From: Anthoceros angustus
Taxonomy: Eukaryota > Plantae > Anthocerotophyta
Assembly (NCBI GenBank): GCA_010909165.1
Contig: VJWM01000025.1
Location: 2,232,001 to 2,296,000, forward strand
DNA length: 64,000 bases
Direction: 5' to 3'
The notes beneath the pieces are model-generated. The model was not told the origin of the DNA and did not search any database. It saw only the letters and a list, made by a program, of their open reading frames with translations. Position numbers and translations under genes: made by a program. Shown here in pieces: positions 35,693 to 49,437 of this stretch; position 1 is the stretch's first letter, and every line of letters starts with the position of its first letter.

Positions 35693-38600
35693 GTTTGAGG
35701 TGCTTTGTGGAAGCGTTTGATCAAAGTTTAGTGCTTTACTAATTGATACAATTGATTACAAGAGGTGGGCTTTTATAGCCTGTGTCTGAAGAGTTGTACC
35801 TCTTGATTACTAGATACCAAAGGGTATGACCACGGGTTTAGCTAAGGTAACCATAACCAACGCAGTGCACTTCTAACTCTCCTCTCGGACTAGTTGGGTT
35901 ATCTAAATCAAAGAACTAATAATCATTTGCCGCTGGAGTATTGTATAAGTACTACGGTCTTCAACTAAACTCAACTCACCGATCGTCACCGGTCGCAAGT
36001 AAGATTGAAGCAAGCGGTCTACAATAGTCACAACTTCAATGGCCAGCGTTACGAGATAAGATCGCCTCACCAAATGTGTGGTGGTCCACCTTCAAAAGTC
36101 ACATACAACCAATCCAAGCCCTTCTCTGTGGGCGGTGTTTGAACTTCGCAAGGATTTTGTCGATATCTCATGTATTGAAATGCAGGGTACATCGTACCTT
36201 AACAATTCCTCTCTCGGCGTCACGAATATAATGGTGTTGAATCTCAATATGCTTCGTGCGCGCATGAAAGATGGATTAGCGACAAGAGCAATGGTGACAT
36301 ATTGTCACAATTAAACCTTTATTGGCCCTTCACTTCATATCCAAATCTTCACATAGCTTTCTTTCCCATTCGGCCTCTTTCGTGGCTTGAGTGAGTGCTT
36401 TGTACTCGATTACATTGATGAAAGTGATATTGCAGCTTGTTTTCTACAAGACCAATTAACTGTGATGGGAAGAAAGCAATATCTTTGAGATACTTTTTCG
36501 TGTCGTCAAGCCCAACTGCATCGATAAAGCATGTCAGTAGCAAATGCTTCTTTCCGCTAGGCTTGAAGCAGAGGCCATAATTTGGAGTACCCTTGAGGTA
36601 CCGCATGATGCGCTTGAGAGCAACCCAGTGATCCTTTCACGGATTCTCACGAGAATTGAGCAATAGCATTTGATGTTGAGATATCAGTGCGATTACTCAA
36701 GAACATGAGAGTACCAACTCCCATACGATAAGGAATATTTTCCATCTCTTTCTTTTCCTGCTCGATTGTGATGTAGCGATGAAAGCTTAACACCTACGGC
36801 GCGGTGTGGGCTGCGCGTGCATTCTCCAAATTGAAGCGTTTTAACATACCTACATATCTTCCTTGATGGAGATAGATAGCACCGATGGTATCTCTATGTA
36901 CATGCATACCAAGAATATATTTAACTTTGCCGAGATCCTTCATCTCGAATTCTTTACTAAGGTCACTTTAATCTTGTTAACTAGTTCAATATTGTTGCCG
37001 AGAATAACTAAGTCATCAACATATAGTGCAACCAAGACAAGGGAGCTGTCTGCGAATACATAGATATTGGTGTCTCTTCACTTTGGATAAAACCTATCTT
37101 CTTGAGGTAAGAGTCCATTCTCTCACCAAAAGCATTGGAAAGACGTTGCATATTAGAAGAACATCTAGATTCACATCATAATGCGTGGTGGACTTAGTAA
37201 TCAAACTATGCTCTGATACCAAGTTTGAGATGCTTTGAAGCGTTTGATCAAAGTTTAGTGCTTTACTAATTGATACAATTGATTACAAGAGGTGGGCTTT
37301 TATAGCTTGTGTCAAGAGTTGTACCTCTTGGTACTAGATACCAAAGGTATGACCACTGGTTTAGCTAAGGTAACCATCACCAACGCTGTACTTCTAGCAC
37401 GCCTCCCGGATGCCATTTGATTCCAATAGATCGCTCACCGTCCTCGCATACGTAAAAACGACGCTTAGGGTGAGCCACCGCTGCAGATGAGCGCCCGTCC
37501 AGCGATAACGCGCACCGGACCTCGGATGTTGGCAATCTCCACTGCTCGAGGAAGGCGGAAGCAGTCGGACACGCGCTACTGGCGATTGAAGCAAGCGGTC
37601 TACAATAGTCACAACTTCAATGGCGTTACGAGATAAGATCGCCTCACCAAATGTGTGGGTCCAAAACTTCACTTTCATCAACCAATCCAAGCCCTTCTCT
37701 GTGGGCGGTGTTTGAACTTCGGCAAGGATTTTGTCGATTATATCTTTGAGATATCAGTGCGATTACTCAAGAACATGAGTACATCGTACCTTAACAATTC
37801 CTCTCGGTCACGAATATAATGGTGTTGAATCTCAATATGCTTCGTGCGCGCATGAAACGGATTAGCGACAAGAGCAATGGTGACATATTGTCACAATTAA
37901 CCTTTATTGGCCCTTCACCTTCATATCCAAATCTTCACATAGCTTTCTTTCCCATTCGGCCTCTTTCGTGGCTTGAGTGCTTTGTACTCGATTACATTGA
38001 TGAAAGTGATATTGCAGCTTGTTTTCTACAAGACCAATTAACAGCAGTGGAGCCGGCAAGCAATATCTTTGAGATACTTTTGGTGTCGTGTGTCTGCATC
38101 GACAAAGCATGTCGATGTAAATGCTTCTTTCCGCTAGGCTTGAAGCGAGGCCATAATTTGGAGTACCCTTGAGGTACCGCATGATGCGCTTGAGAGCAAC
38201 CCGGTGATCCTTTCACGGATTCTCGAGAATTGAGCAATAGCATTTCTGATTTGAGATATCAGTGCAGTGCGATTACTCAAGAACATGAGAGTACCAACTC
38301 CCATACGATAAGGAATATTTTCCATCTCTTTCTTTTCCTGCTCGATTGTGGCCGGAAGCGGATGAAAGCTTAACACCTCGGCGCCGGTGTGGGCTGCGCG
38401 TGCATTCTCCAAATTGAGCGTTTTAACATACCCTACATATCTTCCTTGATGGAGATAGATAGCACCGATGGTATCTCTATGTACATGCATACCAAGAATA
38501 TATTTAACTTTGCGAGATCCTTCATCTCGAATTCTTTACTAAGGTCACTTTAATCTTGTTAACTAGTTCAATATTGTTGCCGGGGAATAACTAAGTCATC

Positions 38601-39775
38601 AACATATAGTGCAACCAGTACAAGGGAGCTGTCCTTGCGGAGTACATAGATATTGGTGTCTGCTTCACTTTGGATAAAACCTATCTTCTTGAGGTAAGAG
38701 TCCATTCTCTCACCAAAAGCATTGGAAAGACGTTGCATATTAGAAGAACATCTAGATTCACATCATAATGCGTGGTGGACTTAGTAATCAAACTATGCTC
38801 TGATACCAAGTTTGAGATGCTTTGCGGAAGCGTTTGATCAAAGTTTAGTGCTTTACTAATTGATACAATTGATTACAAGAGGTGGGCTTTTATAGCTTGT
38901 GTCTGAAGAGTTGTACCTCTTCGGTACTAGATACCAAAGGGTATGACCACGCTGGGTTTAGCTAAGGTAACCATCACCAACGCGGTCTGTACTTCTAGCT
39001 GCTACGCCTCCCAGATGCCATTTGCGCTGATTCCAATAGATCGCGCTCACCGTCCCTGCATACAGAAAAAAACGCACGTTTAGGGTGAGCCAGCTGCTGC
39101 AGATGAGCGCCCCCGTCCCGGCGATAACGCGCGCACACAGACCTCGGATGTTGGCAATCTCCACTGCTCGAGGAAGGCGGAAGCAGTCGGACACGCGCTA
39201 CTGGCGATTGAAGCGTTTTAACATACCACATATCTTCCTTGATGGAGATAGATAGCACCGATGGTATCTCTATGTACATGCATACCAAGAATATATTTAA
39301 CTTTGCCGAGATCCTTCATCTCGAATTCTTTACTAAGGTCACTTTAATCTTGTTAACTAGTTCAATATTGTTGCCGAGAATAACTAAGTCATCAACATAT
39401 AGTGCAACCAAGACAAGGGAGCGTCTATGGAGTACATAGATATTGGTGTCTCGCTTCACTTTGGATAAAACCTATCTTCTTGAGGTAAGAGTCCATTCTC
39501 TCACCAAAAGCATTGGAAAGACGTTGCATATTAGAAGAACATCTAGATTCACATCATAATGCGTGGTGGACTTAGTAATCAAACTATGCTCCGATACCAA
39601 GTTTGAGATGCTTTATGAGCGTTTGATCAAAGTTTAGTGCTTTACTAATTGATACAATTGATTACAAGAGGTGGGCTTTTATAGCTTGTGTCTCAAGAGT
39701 TGTACCTCTTCTAGATACCAAAGGGTATGACCACTGGTTTAGCTAAGGTAACCATCACCAACGCAGATTTCTAGC
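35693..39775 (-). mobile_element. Internally deleted Ty1/Copia element in tandem LTR-RH-RT-PBS units
   Basis: LTR starts (GTTTGAG) at 35693, 37223, 38810 and 39601; RT/RH fragments VALYVDDL, YRMGVGTLMFL, MRYLKGTPNYGL; gag, protease and integrase are absent. Confidence 0.85.
37210..37221 (-). promoter_or_regulatory. Primer-binding site complementary to initiator tRNA-Met
   Basis: TGGTATCAGAGC on the - strand next to the LTR; repeated at ~38797 and as a variant at ~39589. Confidence 0.9.
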
Positions 39776-39996
39776 CACGCCTCCCATGCCATTTGCCGAT
39801 TCCAATAGATCGCGCCACCGTCTCGCATACGTAAAAACGACGCTTAGGGTGAGCCAGCTGCTGCAGATGAGCGCCCCCGTCCCGGCGATAACGCGCGCAC
39901 ACAGACCTCGGATGTTGGCAATCTCCACAGCCTGAGCGCTCTGAGGAAGGCGGAAACGGAGTCGGACACGCGGGGCGCAACTACCTGACAGTGAAC

Positions 39997-42040
39997 TGGT
40001 GGAAACGAATTTGGCAATGTTTTCGTTTTAGGGCTTCCATGTTTTAGAAGCATAAAGATGTGGAAATTTGAGCTATTTTTGGCCGGATACGGTATCCGGT
40101 GTGATTCCATCGGATCGTAAACTACATCTGGGATTCCGTTTGCCATGTGTGATATTAAACAACAATGTCGTGTGGCGCCGGCCGGCGGCAGTGTCGACAT
40201 TGCGGCGCCCGCACTCAATCCCGATCTGTAGCGCATACTTCTTTGTTCTAGAAGGCCGGACATTGAGGACCTCCAGCAGTTGCTTTCTTCAGCGCGGCGG
40301 TCCCTATTGTTCCCTTGTCTGATGAAGCGTTTTCCATAGCGCCTATTCACCCAGCGAGTTTTAGCCCTGCGATGTTACAAGCGACGCATACACCAGAAGA
40401 CGAAGAGGTCTGTGGCTCCCCGTGTCCATGAAATGCACATGTTCATGCCTGTCACTTCAGCCGGCCTAACGGTTGGGTGTTTGACTAGAGAGAACAGCAG
40501 ATGGCAGCAGACGCTGCCCACCACAGTCGTGAGGCGCGCGGAGCTCCCATCTCTGGGCAGCGATCCAGACAACCCAGACCGCGGCCGGGCGATGTTGGTG
40601 GAATCGGACACCGCCCCCCTGCTGAAGGTAAGGTTAGAAGTTTGGGTTTCAATGGCATAGCCGTTTGCTCCAACTTTTGTCATCACCGTATGGTGGAAAC
40701 GAATTTGGCAATGTTTTCGTTTTAGGGCTTCCATGTTTTAGAAGCATAAAGATGTGGAAATTTGAGCTATTTTTGGCCGGATACGGTATCCGGTGTGATT
40801 CCATCGGATCGTAAACTACATCTGGGATTCCGTTTGCCATGTGTGATATTAAACAACAATGTCAGGTGACGGCGCCGGCCCCGGCGGGAGAGGGCTGGTG
40901 TCGACATTGCGGCGCCGCACTCAATCCCCGATTCTGTGTGCGCATACTTCTTTGTTCTAGAAGGCCGGACATTGAGGACCTCCAGCAGTTGCTTTCTTCA
41001 GCGCGGCGGTCCCTATTGTTCCCTTGTCTGATGAAGCGTTTTCCATAGCGCCTATTCACCCAATGAGTTTTAGCCTGATGTTACAAGCGACGACACCGTA
41101 AGACTAAGAGGTCCGTGGCTCCCGTGTCCATGAAATGCACATGTTCATGCCTCACTTCACCGGCCTAACGGTTGGGTGTTTGACTAGAGAGAACAGAGAT
41201 GGCAGACGCCCACCATGCCGTGAGGCGCTGAGCTCCCATCTCCGGCAGCGATCCAGACAACGCATCGGCCGGCGATGTTGGTGGAATCGGACACCGCCCC
41301 CTCAAGGTAAGGTTAGAAGTTTGGGTTTCAATGGCATAGCCGTTTGCTCCAACTTTTGTCATCACCGTATGGTGGAAACGAATTTGGCAATGTTTTCGTT
41401 TAGGGCTTCCATGTTTTAGAAGCATAAAGATGTGGAAATTTGAGCTATTTTTGGCCGGATACGGTATCCGGTGTGATTCCATCGGATCGTAAACTACATC
41501 CGGGATTCCGCTTACATGTGTGATATTAAACAACAATGTCGTGACGCCGGGCCCGGCGGAGAGGGCTGGTGTCGACATTGCGGCGCCCGCACTCAATCCC
41601 GATTCTATGCGCATACTTCTTTGTTCTAGAAGGCCGGACATTGAGGACCTCCAAGAAGGGCGGTCCCTATTGTTCCCTTGTCCGATGAAGCGTTTTCCAT
41701 AGCGCCTATTCACCCAATGAGTTTTAGCCTGATGTTACAAGCGACGACACCGTAAGACTAAGAGGTCCGTGGCTCCCGTGTCCATGAAATGCACATGTTC
41801 ATGCCTGTCACTTCAGCCGGCCTAACGGTTGGGTGTTTGACTAGAGAGAACAGAGATGGCAGACGCCCACCATGCCGTGAGGCGCTGAGCTCCCATCTCC
41901 GGCAGCGATCCAGACAACGCATCGGCCGGCGATGTTGGTGGAATCGGACACCGCCCCCCTGCTGAAGGTAAGGTTAGAAGTTTGGGTTTCAATGGCATAG
42001 CCGTTTGCTCCAACTTTTGTCATCACTGTATGGTGGGAAA
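39997..42040. repeat. ~690-bp unit in three tandem, indel-rich copies
   Basis: TGGTGGAAACGAATTTGGC at ~39997, ~40691 and ~41370; junction microhomology TGGTGG(G)AAAC. Confidence 0.95.
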
Positions 42041-42224
42041 CATGCATGCAGGTATAAGGAGCAGAGGCGGAATTCCACTTTTGAAGCCGGTGGTATCACC
42101 AACTATTCCGCCGTCTGTGCCACCGACACCATGGAACCTTAATCTATATGCGGCAATTAGGAGAAGTCCTTCCCGTGGAAGATATGGGGAACAGCCATGT
42201 AGCAGACCCCGCGCTGACAATATG

Positions 42225-42593
42225 GCGGAATGCAATCGGAGACTAAGACGAGGATTGTTCCCTCTGCCGACGGAAGATCATGAGGCAGAGGCATTGCACC
42301 ATGAAGATGAGGACAGCGACGATGTCTTCCAGGCAGGACACGATTGTGGGGAAATCCCTCATGGTATTACATTCCAAGCAAAACCTTTGAGCGATTCATT
42401 GCAGACCGAGAAATCCCATGGGAGATGCATGCAGCGGAGGAGGGCTTCCGGCGTGCCTTTGCGAAGGAGTGATGTGACTGCAATCGCTGGAGAGTTTCGG
42501 AAGCCATGCTGCAATCAAATGTGTGTTCAGAAGTTGACAAAAGAAAAAATCCAAGAACATCGTTATAGGTTCCTGTGGCGCGACTTTCGCTGA
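42225..42593 (+). mobile_element. Possible DNA-transposon ORF fragment with Cys-rich N-terminal motif
   Basis: KPCCNQMCVQKLTKEKIQEHRYRFLW resembles the CC-x2-C..I..R..F motif of Sola-like transposase N-termini; no catalytic core visible. Confidence 0.3.
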
Positions 42594-43249
42594 TGGCCAG
42601 CCGGGCGCGCACAATCCCGTGTCGTTGTAGGAAGGAGTCCGTTCCCAAGGGAATAGCAGCTCGTTTGCGGCGTTGAGCGATCTCGTCTTACTTTAGTTCC
42701 ACGCACACATTTATCGTTCATCTAACTACTCGCAAAATCACCGCAGGCCGGTATGGCCAAGCGTTTAAGGACCCGTTCGCGTCCGTTTCGTTCACGTTTC
42801 TCCACCTCTCGTTCCTCTCTCCACTCACACTACACTTATCGGTCTTAGGGAAAAGGCGGGTTACAGTCAGGACCTCCTCGTCGTTCCTCTCTCCGGCCTC
42901 TCCGTCCGGGCTCTGCACGCCCTCCCGGAGTCCCTCCGGCTCACACGTTCCGGTCCGTTCGGCGCTGGGCCGCGGCTCTGGACGAGCACGGGTCCCCAGT
43001 CACCCTCCCCTGCACACACCACAACACGTTAGGTCCGTCACCAGGACCCTGATCAATCTCTCCGGAGCTGTCGTGCCTGCTCAGTGACTCAGGACTCACG
43101 TTAGCAAGAAGACACACAAAGGTCTGCAAGAACGCGGCATCAACACCAAGAGAAAGATGATTTATTCAGGCAGCCCTCTTATACTACGCCCAAGGCGCCT
43201 TTATTACACTCTATTCGAGCCGATGGCCACCAAGATACCCTAATCGGCC

Positions 43250-46200
43250 GCCTACCATCCTATTTCCCTATCTCCTCTTCCGGTGGGCTGGAAGGTCCCG
43301 GTTCCGCCTTTGGGATTGGTGGTCCAATCTCCGTCCCTCGGGCCATGGGCGCCCAATCGGATGATCCGCGAGGCGGACCTCCTCTCCCGAATCTGCCGTT
43401 GTTGGCACGGTTCGACGACCGCTACCACACAACGCCATCCTCCCCTCGCCTCCCGAGTCCCTCCGGGGCCACCGGCCATCGCCCCTAGCGTAAGTCGAAG
43501 GGGCTCCTCCATCGCCAAGTCCCGACCTCGAGGTCCGGCCTCGACCCGAGTCCGAACCTGTGGGTCCGCTTATTTCGAGTCCCCGGCCGGGTCCGCCTGG
43601 GGTTCGACCTCGTGGTCCGAACTTATTCAGTCCGGTCCCCAAGCTCCGGACTTTATCTGTGGACCTCAGATCGCTAGGTCCTCCTCCCTACCCCCGACCC
43701 TTGTCTTGGGTCGGGTTGGCTCCTCCTTCGCCTTTCGTGCCCGCCACCTCTTCTCCCGAGCGGTTGGTGAACTTACCTGGGTCCGCTATGCCTCGCCTCC
43801 TCTTGAGGCTCTTCTCCTCACGCTGCCTCCAAACAGGGCCCTAGAGTCCCCTGTGGCCGCCCCATGCCCTTCTTCCCTCCGAGCCTTCCAGGGTCCGCCT
43901 ATTTGCAGCTGGCGCCGAGAGGCCTCTACCGCCTTCAGAGCTCGGTAATAGGCAAAGTCCGAATCCACTTGTTGGATTGCTCTTCCACGGTGCCCGAGCA
44001 CCGATACCCTTCGCCATAGGTGCTCCGGAGCCGAGCGTGCGCCTTTGTTGGACCACCTCCCCGCCAGTTTGATAGCCGGAGCCGGCCGCTCACGCGAGGC
44101 CGCAAGGCCGCCGGCCACCTCCCCGCAACCGCCGTTGCTCCACCCGCCCAACTCCTTCGCCTGCTCACGCCACCACCCATAACGCAGCTCCTTCCGCCTT
44201 CCTCAACCGGACCAGCAGCCTTCTTGTCCTCCGCTGCTCTCGCCTCTTGTCCATTCTCGTCAACTCCGCCATCTCCCTCTCAGACGGTCGGGCAACTGCC
44301 AGATCGCGGCTTCGCCTGTGCCCTTCTCACAGGCGGGTTGCGGTGAACTTACCACAGGGTCCGTTGCGTCTCGCTCCTCTTGAGGCTCTTCTCCCATTGC
44401 CGTCGTCTCCAAGCAGGGCCCTAGAGTCCTGTCTTTGTCCCATGCCCTTCTTCCCCTCACAGGCCTTCCGGGGTCATTTGCGGTGAGAGGCCTCAGCCGA
44501 GCTCGGTGTGGTAATAGGCAAAGTCCGAATCCACTTGTTGGATTGCCTCTTCCACGGTGCCCGAGCACCGATACCCTTCGCCATAGGTGCTCCGGAGCCG
44601 AGCGTGCGCCTTTGTTGGACCACCTCCCCGCCAGTTTGATAGCCGGAGCCGGCCGCTCACGCGAGGCCGCAAGGCCGCCGGCCACCTCCCCGCAACCGCC
44701 GTTGCTCCACCCGCCCAACTCCTTCGCCTGCTCACGCCACCACCCATAACGCAGCTCCTTCCGCCTTCCTCAATCCGGCCGAGCTCCTTCCGCCTCCTTG
44801 GCCCTTTCTCGCCTCCTCCTCGCCTCTTGTCCATTCTCGTCAACTCCGCCATCTCCCTCTCAGACGGTCGGGCAACTGCCAGATCGCGGCTTCGCCTGTG
44901 CCCTTCTCACAGGCGGGTTGCGGTGAACTTACCACAGGGTCCGTTGCGTCTCGCTCCTCTTGAGGCTCTTCTCCCATTGCCGTCGTCTCCAAGCAGGGCC
45001 CTAGAGTCCTGTCTTTGTCCCCATGCCCTTCTTCCCCTCACAGGCCTTCCGGGTCCGCTTATTTCGAGTCCGAGAGGCCTCTACCGCCTTCCTCAATCGG
45101 CCGAGCTCGGTGTGGTAATAGGCAAAGTCCGAATCCACTTGTTGGATTGCCTCTTCCACGGTGCCCGAGCACCGATACTCCCTTCGCCATAGGTGCTCGG
45201 GAGGCGTCTTTGCCCCTTGTTGGACCACCTCCCCGCCAGTTTGATAGCCGGAGCCGGCCGCCTCCGCTTGGCCTCGGTCACCTCCATGTCATTGTTGCTC
45301 CACTGCTCCAACTCCCTTCGCCTCCTCCATCTCCGCCGCCTCCCGGCCCTCCAACCGCCTCCTTCCGCCTTCCTCAATCGGCCGAGCTCCTTCCGCCTCC
45401 TTACCGCTTCCTCCGCTTGCGCCCGGCCTCTTCCGCCTCTTGTCCATTACGGTATTAACTCCGCCATCTCCCTCTCAGACGGTCGGGCAACTGCGGTGCG
45501 GGCTTCGCCAGGCCCTTCTCCATCTCGGCGACGCCCCGCCTCCTGCTCCATCGCCATCGACTCCCGCCAATGTAGCCGGAGCCGCTTATTTCCTGCTCGC
45601 CCGACCATGTCCCGCACTACCATTCCTCTCAATGGTAGTTTGAAGTCAGCCCAAAGTCTCCTTGCGGTCTTCCATCTCCGCCGCCGCCACCTCCGAGCCG
45701 AGTCCGAGATCCTCCATCTCCTTGTCGCGAACTTCGGCCTCGGCCGGTCCGCGCTGCTCCGCCACCTCCCGCCCCATCTTCGTGCAGAGCCGGAGGCGCC
45801 TATCTCCGTCAAGTCTTGGATTCTCTCGTTGAGAACCCCTTGTCGCTGACGCTGCCTTGGAGTTGTAACTCCAAGGTGTCCTTGCTGCCTCCAGCCTCCG
45901 CCTCCGCCTCCTTCTACCTCCTGCACGCCCGAGGTCCCCGATTTCCGGCCGCCTCCGCCTCCTTCTCCGCCTTGGCTCGTCTGCTTGCTCCGCCGCCGCC
46001 GCCTTCGATTGGCTGGCTACCCCACCTCCTCCACCGGCCCGATCACGCCGATAGTGATCGCGATCGGCCTGTGGCTTCCGCCTCCTGGCCACCTTCACCG
46101 AGCCTCCGCCTTGGCTCGTCTAGTCGGGGCCGCCTCCGCCAGTCCCGCCTCCGCCTCGCTTGCGCCCGGCCTCTTCCGCCTCCTCCCTCCTCCTCGCAGA

Positions 46201-48700
46201 GGTCCTCACCGCTGGGCCTCCTTAGCTCGCTCACCGCCTCCTCCACCGAAGGAATTTAGTCCGGCCCTGCGGATGGACCAGACCTCCTCCTCGCCTCCCG
46301 GCTTCCTTCTCAATCCGGCCGAGAGCTTCGGCCTTCCTTCGCCTCCCGGCCCTCCAACCGCCTCCCGGAGGAGTACCATGCGCCCGGTGGCTTCTACCTC
46401 CGGGTCTTCTCGGCCATCCCAGAGACCCCAAAGCATACCGTCCATGACGGTAGCTGTGACCCGCCGTGTTTCTTCCACGGCCGCCACCGTGAGGCTCCCA
46501 CAAAGTCCGAGTGAGCCGCATTTCACGGTCCGCCAGGACCTCCATACCGTCCGAGTAAGTCCGGACTGGGTTCTCGGACCTAATCAGACCCTTAGGTCCC
46601 CGAGGCCGAGCTCCGAGCTTCACCCTCCTTGGCCCTTTTGGCCGAGCTCCTTCTCCGCCTTTTTCTCACAGGGCTCGGAGGAGGTGAGGGGTCCGGAGCA
46701 AGCCCTTTGCCCTTCCTCAATCCGGCCGAGAGCTTCGGCCTCCGCTGTCCTCCTCGCCTCCTCGCCTCCTTGGCCCTTTCTCGCCTCCTTACCGCTTCCT
46801 CCTTCGCCTCCTCGCCTCCCCGCAACCGCCGCCTCCCGGAGGAGTACCATGCGCCTCGGGTGGCTTCCGCCTCCGCCAGTCCCGCCGCCTCCGCCTCCTT
46901 CGCCTCCTCCTCGCCTCCGCTTGCGCCCGGCCTCTTCCGCCTCGGGTGGCTGGCGGGCCGCCTCCGCTTGCGCCCGGCCTCGGCTGGGCACTGTGAGGAG
47001 GGAAGGGATTTCTTCCCATACTGGGTGGTGAGGGGTCCGCTCTGCACGATGGAGTCCGGAATCCTCCCGCCGCCTCCTCCCGGTCCGCTTGGCCTTCCTT
47101 CTGCCTCCTGGGCCCCTCAGCCTCAGGAGGAGTACCATGCGCCTCGGGTGGCTTCTACCTCCACAGGTCTTCTCGGCCATCCCAGAGACCCCAAAGCATA
47201 CCGTCCATGACGGTAGCTGTGACCCGCCGTGTTTCTTCCACGGCCGTGAGGCTCCCACAAAGTCCGTGGCGGGCCGGCATTTCACGGTCCGCCAAGGACC
47301 TCCATACTGTCCGAGTAAGTCGGTGGGTTCTCGGACCTAATCGGGACCCTTAGGTCACGAGTCTTTGCTCGGAGCTTCACCCTCCTTGGCCCTTTTGGCG
47401 AGCTCCTTCTCCGCCTTTTTCTCACAGGGCTCGGAGGAGGTGAGGGGTCCGGAGCAAGCCCTTTGCCCTTCCTCAATCCGGCCGAGAGCTTCGGCCTCCG
47501 CTGTCCTCCTCGCCTCCTCGCCTCCCGCCGCCTCCTTCTCCGCCTCCTTACCGCTTCCTCCGCTCGCCTCCCGCCTCCAACCGCCTCCCGGAGGAGTACC
47601 ATGCGCCCGGCCTCTTCCGCCTCCCGGAGGAGTACCATGCGCCCGGCCTCTTCGCCTCCTCGGTCCGGCGGCCCGCCGTGGTTGTGGTGGTGGCGGGCTG
47701 GGGTCGGGGCCGCCTCCTTTGGGCGGTTGTAGGCGCCTCGCCGCCTCCCGGAGGAGGCGGGGATTTCTTCCCATACTGGGTGGTGAGGGGTCCGCTCTGC
47801 ACGATGGAGTCCGGAATCCTCCCGCCGCCTCCTCCCGGTCCGCTTGGCCTTCGGGCCGGCCTCCCTTGCCCGCCTCCACTTCCCAGGGCCTCCAGCCCTT
47901 TCCCGAGCGCCCGCCTGCCTCCTCCTTCAGAGTTCAAATGTCCCCACATGGATCGTATGGGGATGCATGGCGAGGGCTTCGCCCGAGCTATGGCCTCGAC
48001 TAAACCGGCGAAGATAATCCTTCCTCCCGCCTCTTCCTCACAGAAGCATGTGAATACTATCAGTTATCACCAAGGTGATCCACCTTGGTGAGTGTTCCAA
48101 TGGACAATGATCCGGCTACCGCCTTACTCGACCGTCCAAGAGTCTGGATATCACCACCGCTGGTGGTCCTCTGCTGTGCCTCAAAGATCGCCACTGCCGG
48201 CCCTATCTTCCCTTCGCCTTGAGGGGCCCGCACCACTCCCCTTCTTCCTCCTTTGGGCGGTTGTAGGCGCCTCAGACCTCCAAGGTCCATCGCCTGGTCC
48301 TCCCGAGGTTCTTGGACCGCACCTCCTTGTTGACCGCCAAGATCTTCCGGCGAACTCCCGACCAGAGTGACGCCGAACGCCCGCACCATCTCGAACGCAT
48401 CCAAGTGCCACTCGCACCACCTCCCGCCTCCTCCAGGCCCAAAGTCCGGATAGCGCCGGTCACAATGTTGCGCCCACGAGGTTCCATGGCTCCCAAACTT
48501 CCGCAGTTTTTGGGTGCCATCGCCTGCCTCCTTGTCGCCGTAGCCGCCGGCCGAGTTCACCGCACGATGCGCCTCGCCGCTCGCCTCCAACCCCGGCTGG
48601 ACTACGCCGAAGGTGCTGGGCGCCAAAGAGATAGCGCCAGAGAGCCGGGTTATGAGCGCAAGAGATCGCGAGAATTGTCTCGAGGTCACAATAAATGACC
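43250..48700 (-). mobile_element. GC-rich element with E/A/R/K-rich coiled-coil ORF remnants and multiple internal tandem re-copies; no pol domains seen
   Basis: Minus-strand frames rich in AEAEA/RRKR; repeats at ~570-600-bp spacing (43944, 44512, 45115) and ~750-bp spacing (46372, 47130); many frameshifts. Confidence 0.45.
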
Positions 48701-48774
48701 TTCCTTCGCCGCCGGAGTAACTGGGCGGAAGGCGCCTCGTCAGAATCGCGAGGTCTGCATGGCTTATTCTCGAC

Positions 48775-48877
48775 CTTACGCCCGCTTACTCGCCTTACGC
48801 CCGCTTACTCGCCTTACGCCCGCTTACTCGCCTTACGCCCGCTTACTCGCCTTACGCCCGCTTACTCGCCTTACGCC
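48775..48877. repeat. 19-bp perfect minisatellite, 5.4 copies
   Basis: CTTACGCCCGCTTACTCGC head-to-tail with no spacers. Confidence 0.95.
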
Positions 48878-49437
48878 ACAGATGCCCGACCTCCACTCAG
48901 GGCTGTCCACGTGGCGCCGCCTAGTCCTTCCTCACGGCTCACTTCTAAGTTACTTTCCCGGGCGTACTTATCCTGCTTGGACCTGGAGTGAGTCCGGACT
49001 TATCCCGTTGCCCCGACGTAGTCCGTCATAGTAGGTCCGGGGTACGTTGCCCATTCCGCAGTCCGGAATATACTCCGGAGTGCAGTCCTGAGTGCTATCC
49101 GTGCTTATTCCTCCTTTTTCCGCCTTATTTTATCCTCCGTTCCTACAAAAAAACAAACCCCTACTTATTTCTTAACCCCCAAGGGAAGTCCGTAGTCCAC
49201 AGTTCCTACGCATGGGACGTCAAGAGCAGGAGACATACCTTGAGTCCCTCTTAAAGGTGGTACGTGATGGCGGAGTTCACACAAAGGTTGAACCCCACCT
49301 TGTCGGTGCGACATCTAGGTTTGATGCCATGCGGTTAAGCTATGGAATTAAAACATGTCCTTACACCATGAGGCTGAATGAATTCTGGCAACTCACATAG
49401 ACCATTATCACAAGCCCCATACCTATATGTTCATTCT

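Noticed and set aside
48775-48877. CRISPR-like array (also considered for 13426-13532)
   Set aside because: Units are head-to-tail with no unique spacers, the context is eukaryotic and there are no cas genes; these are minisatellites.
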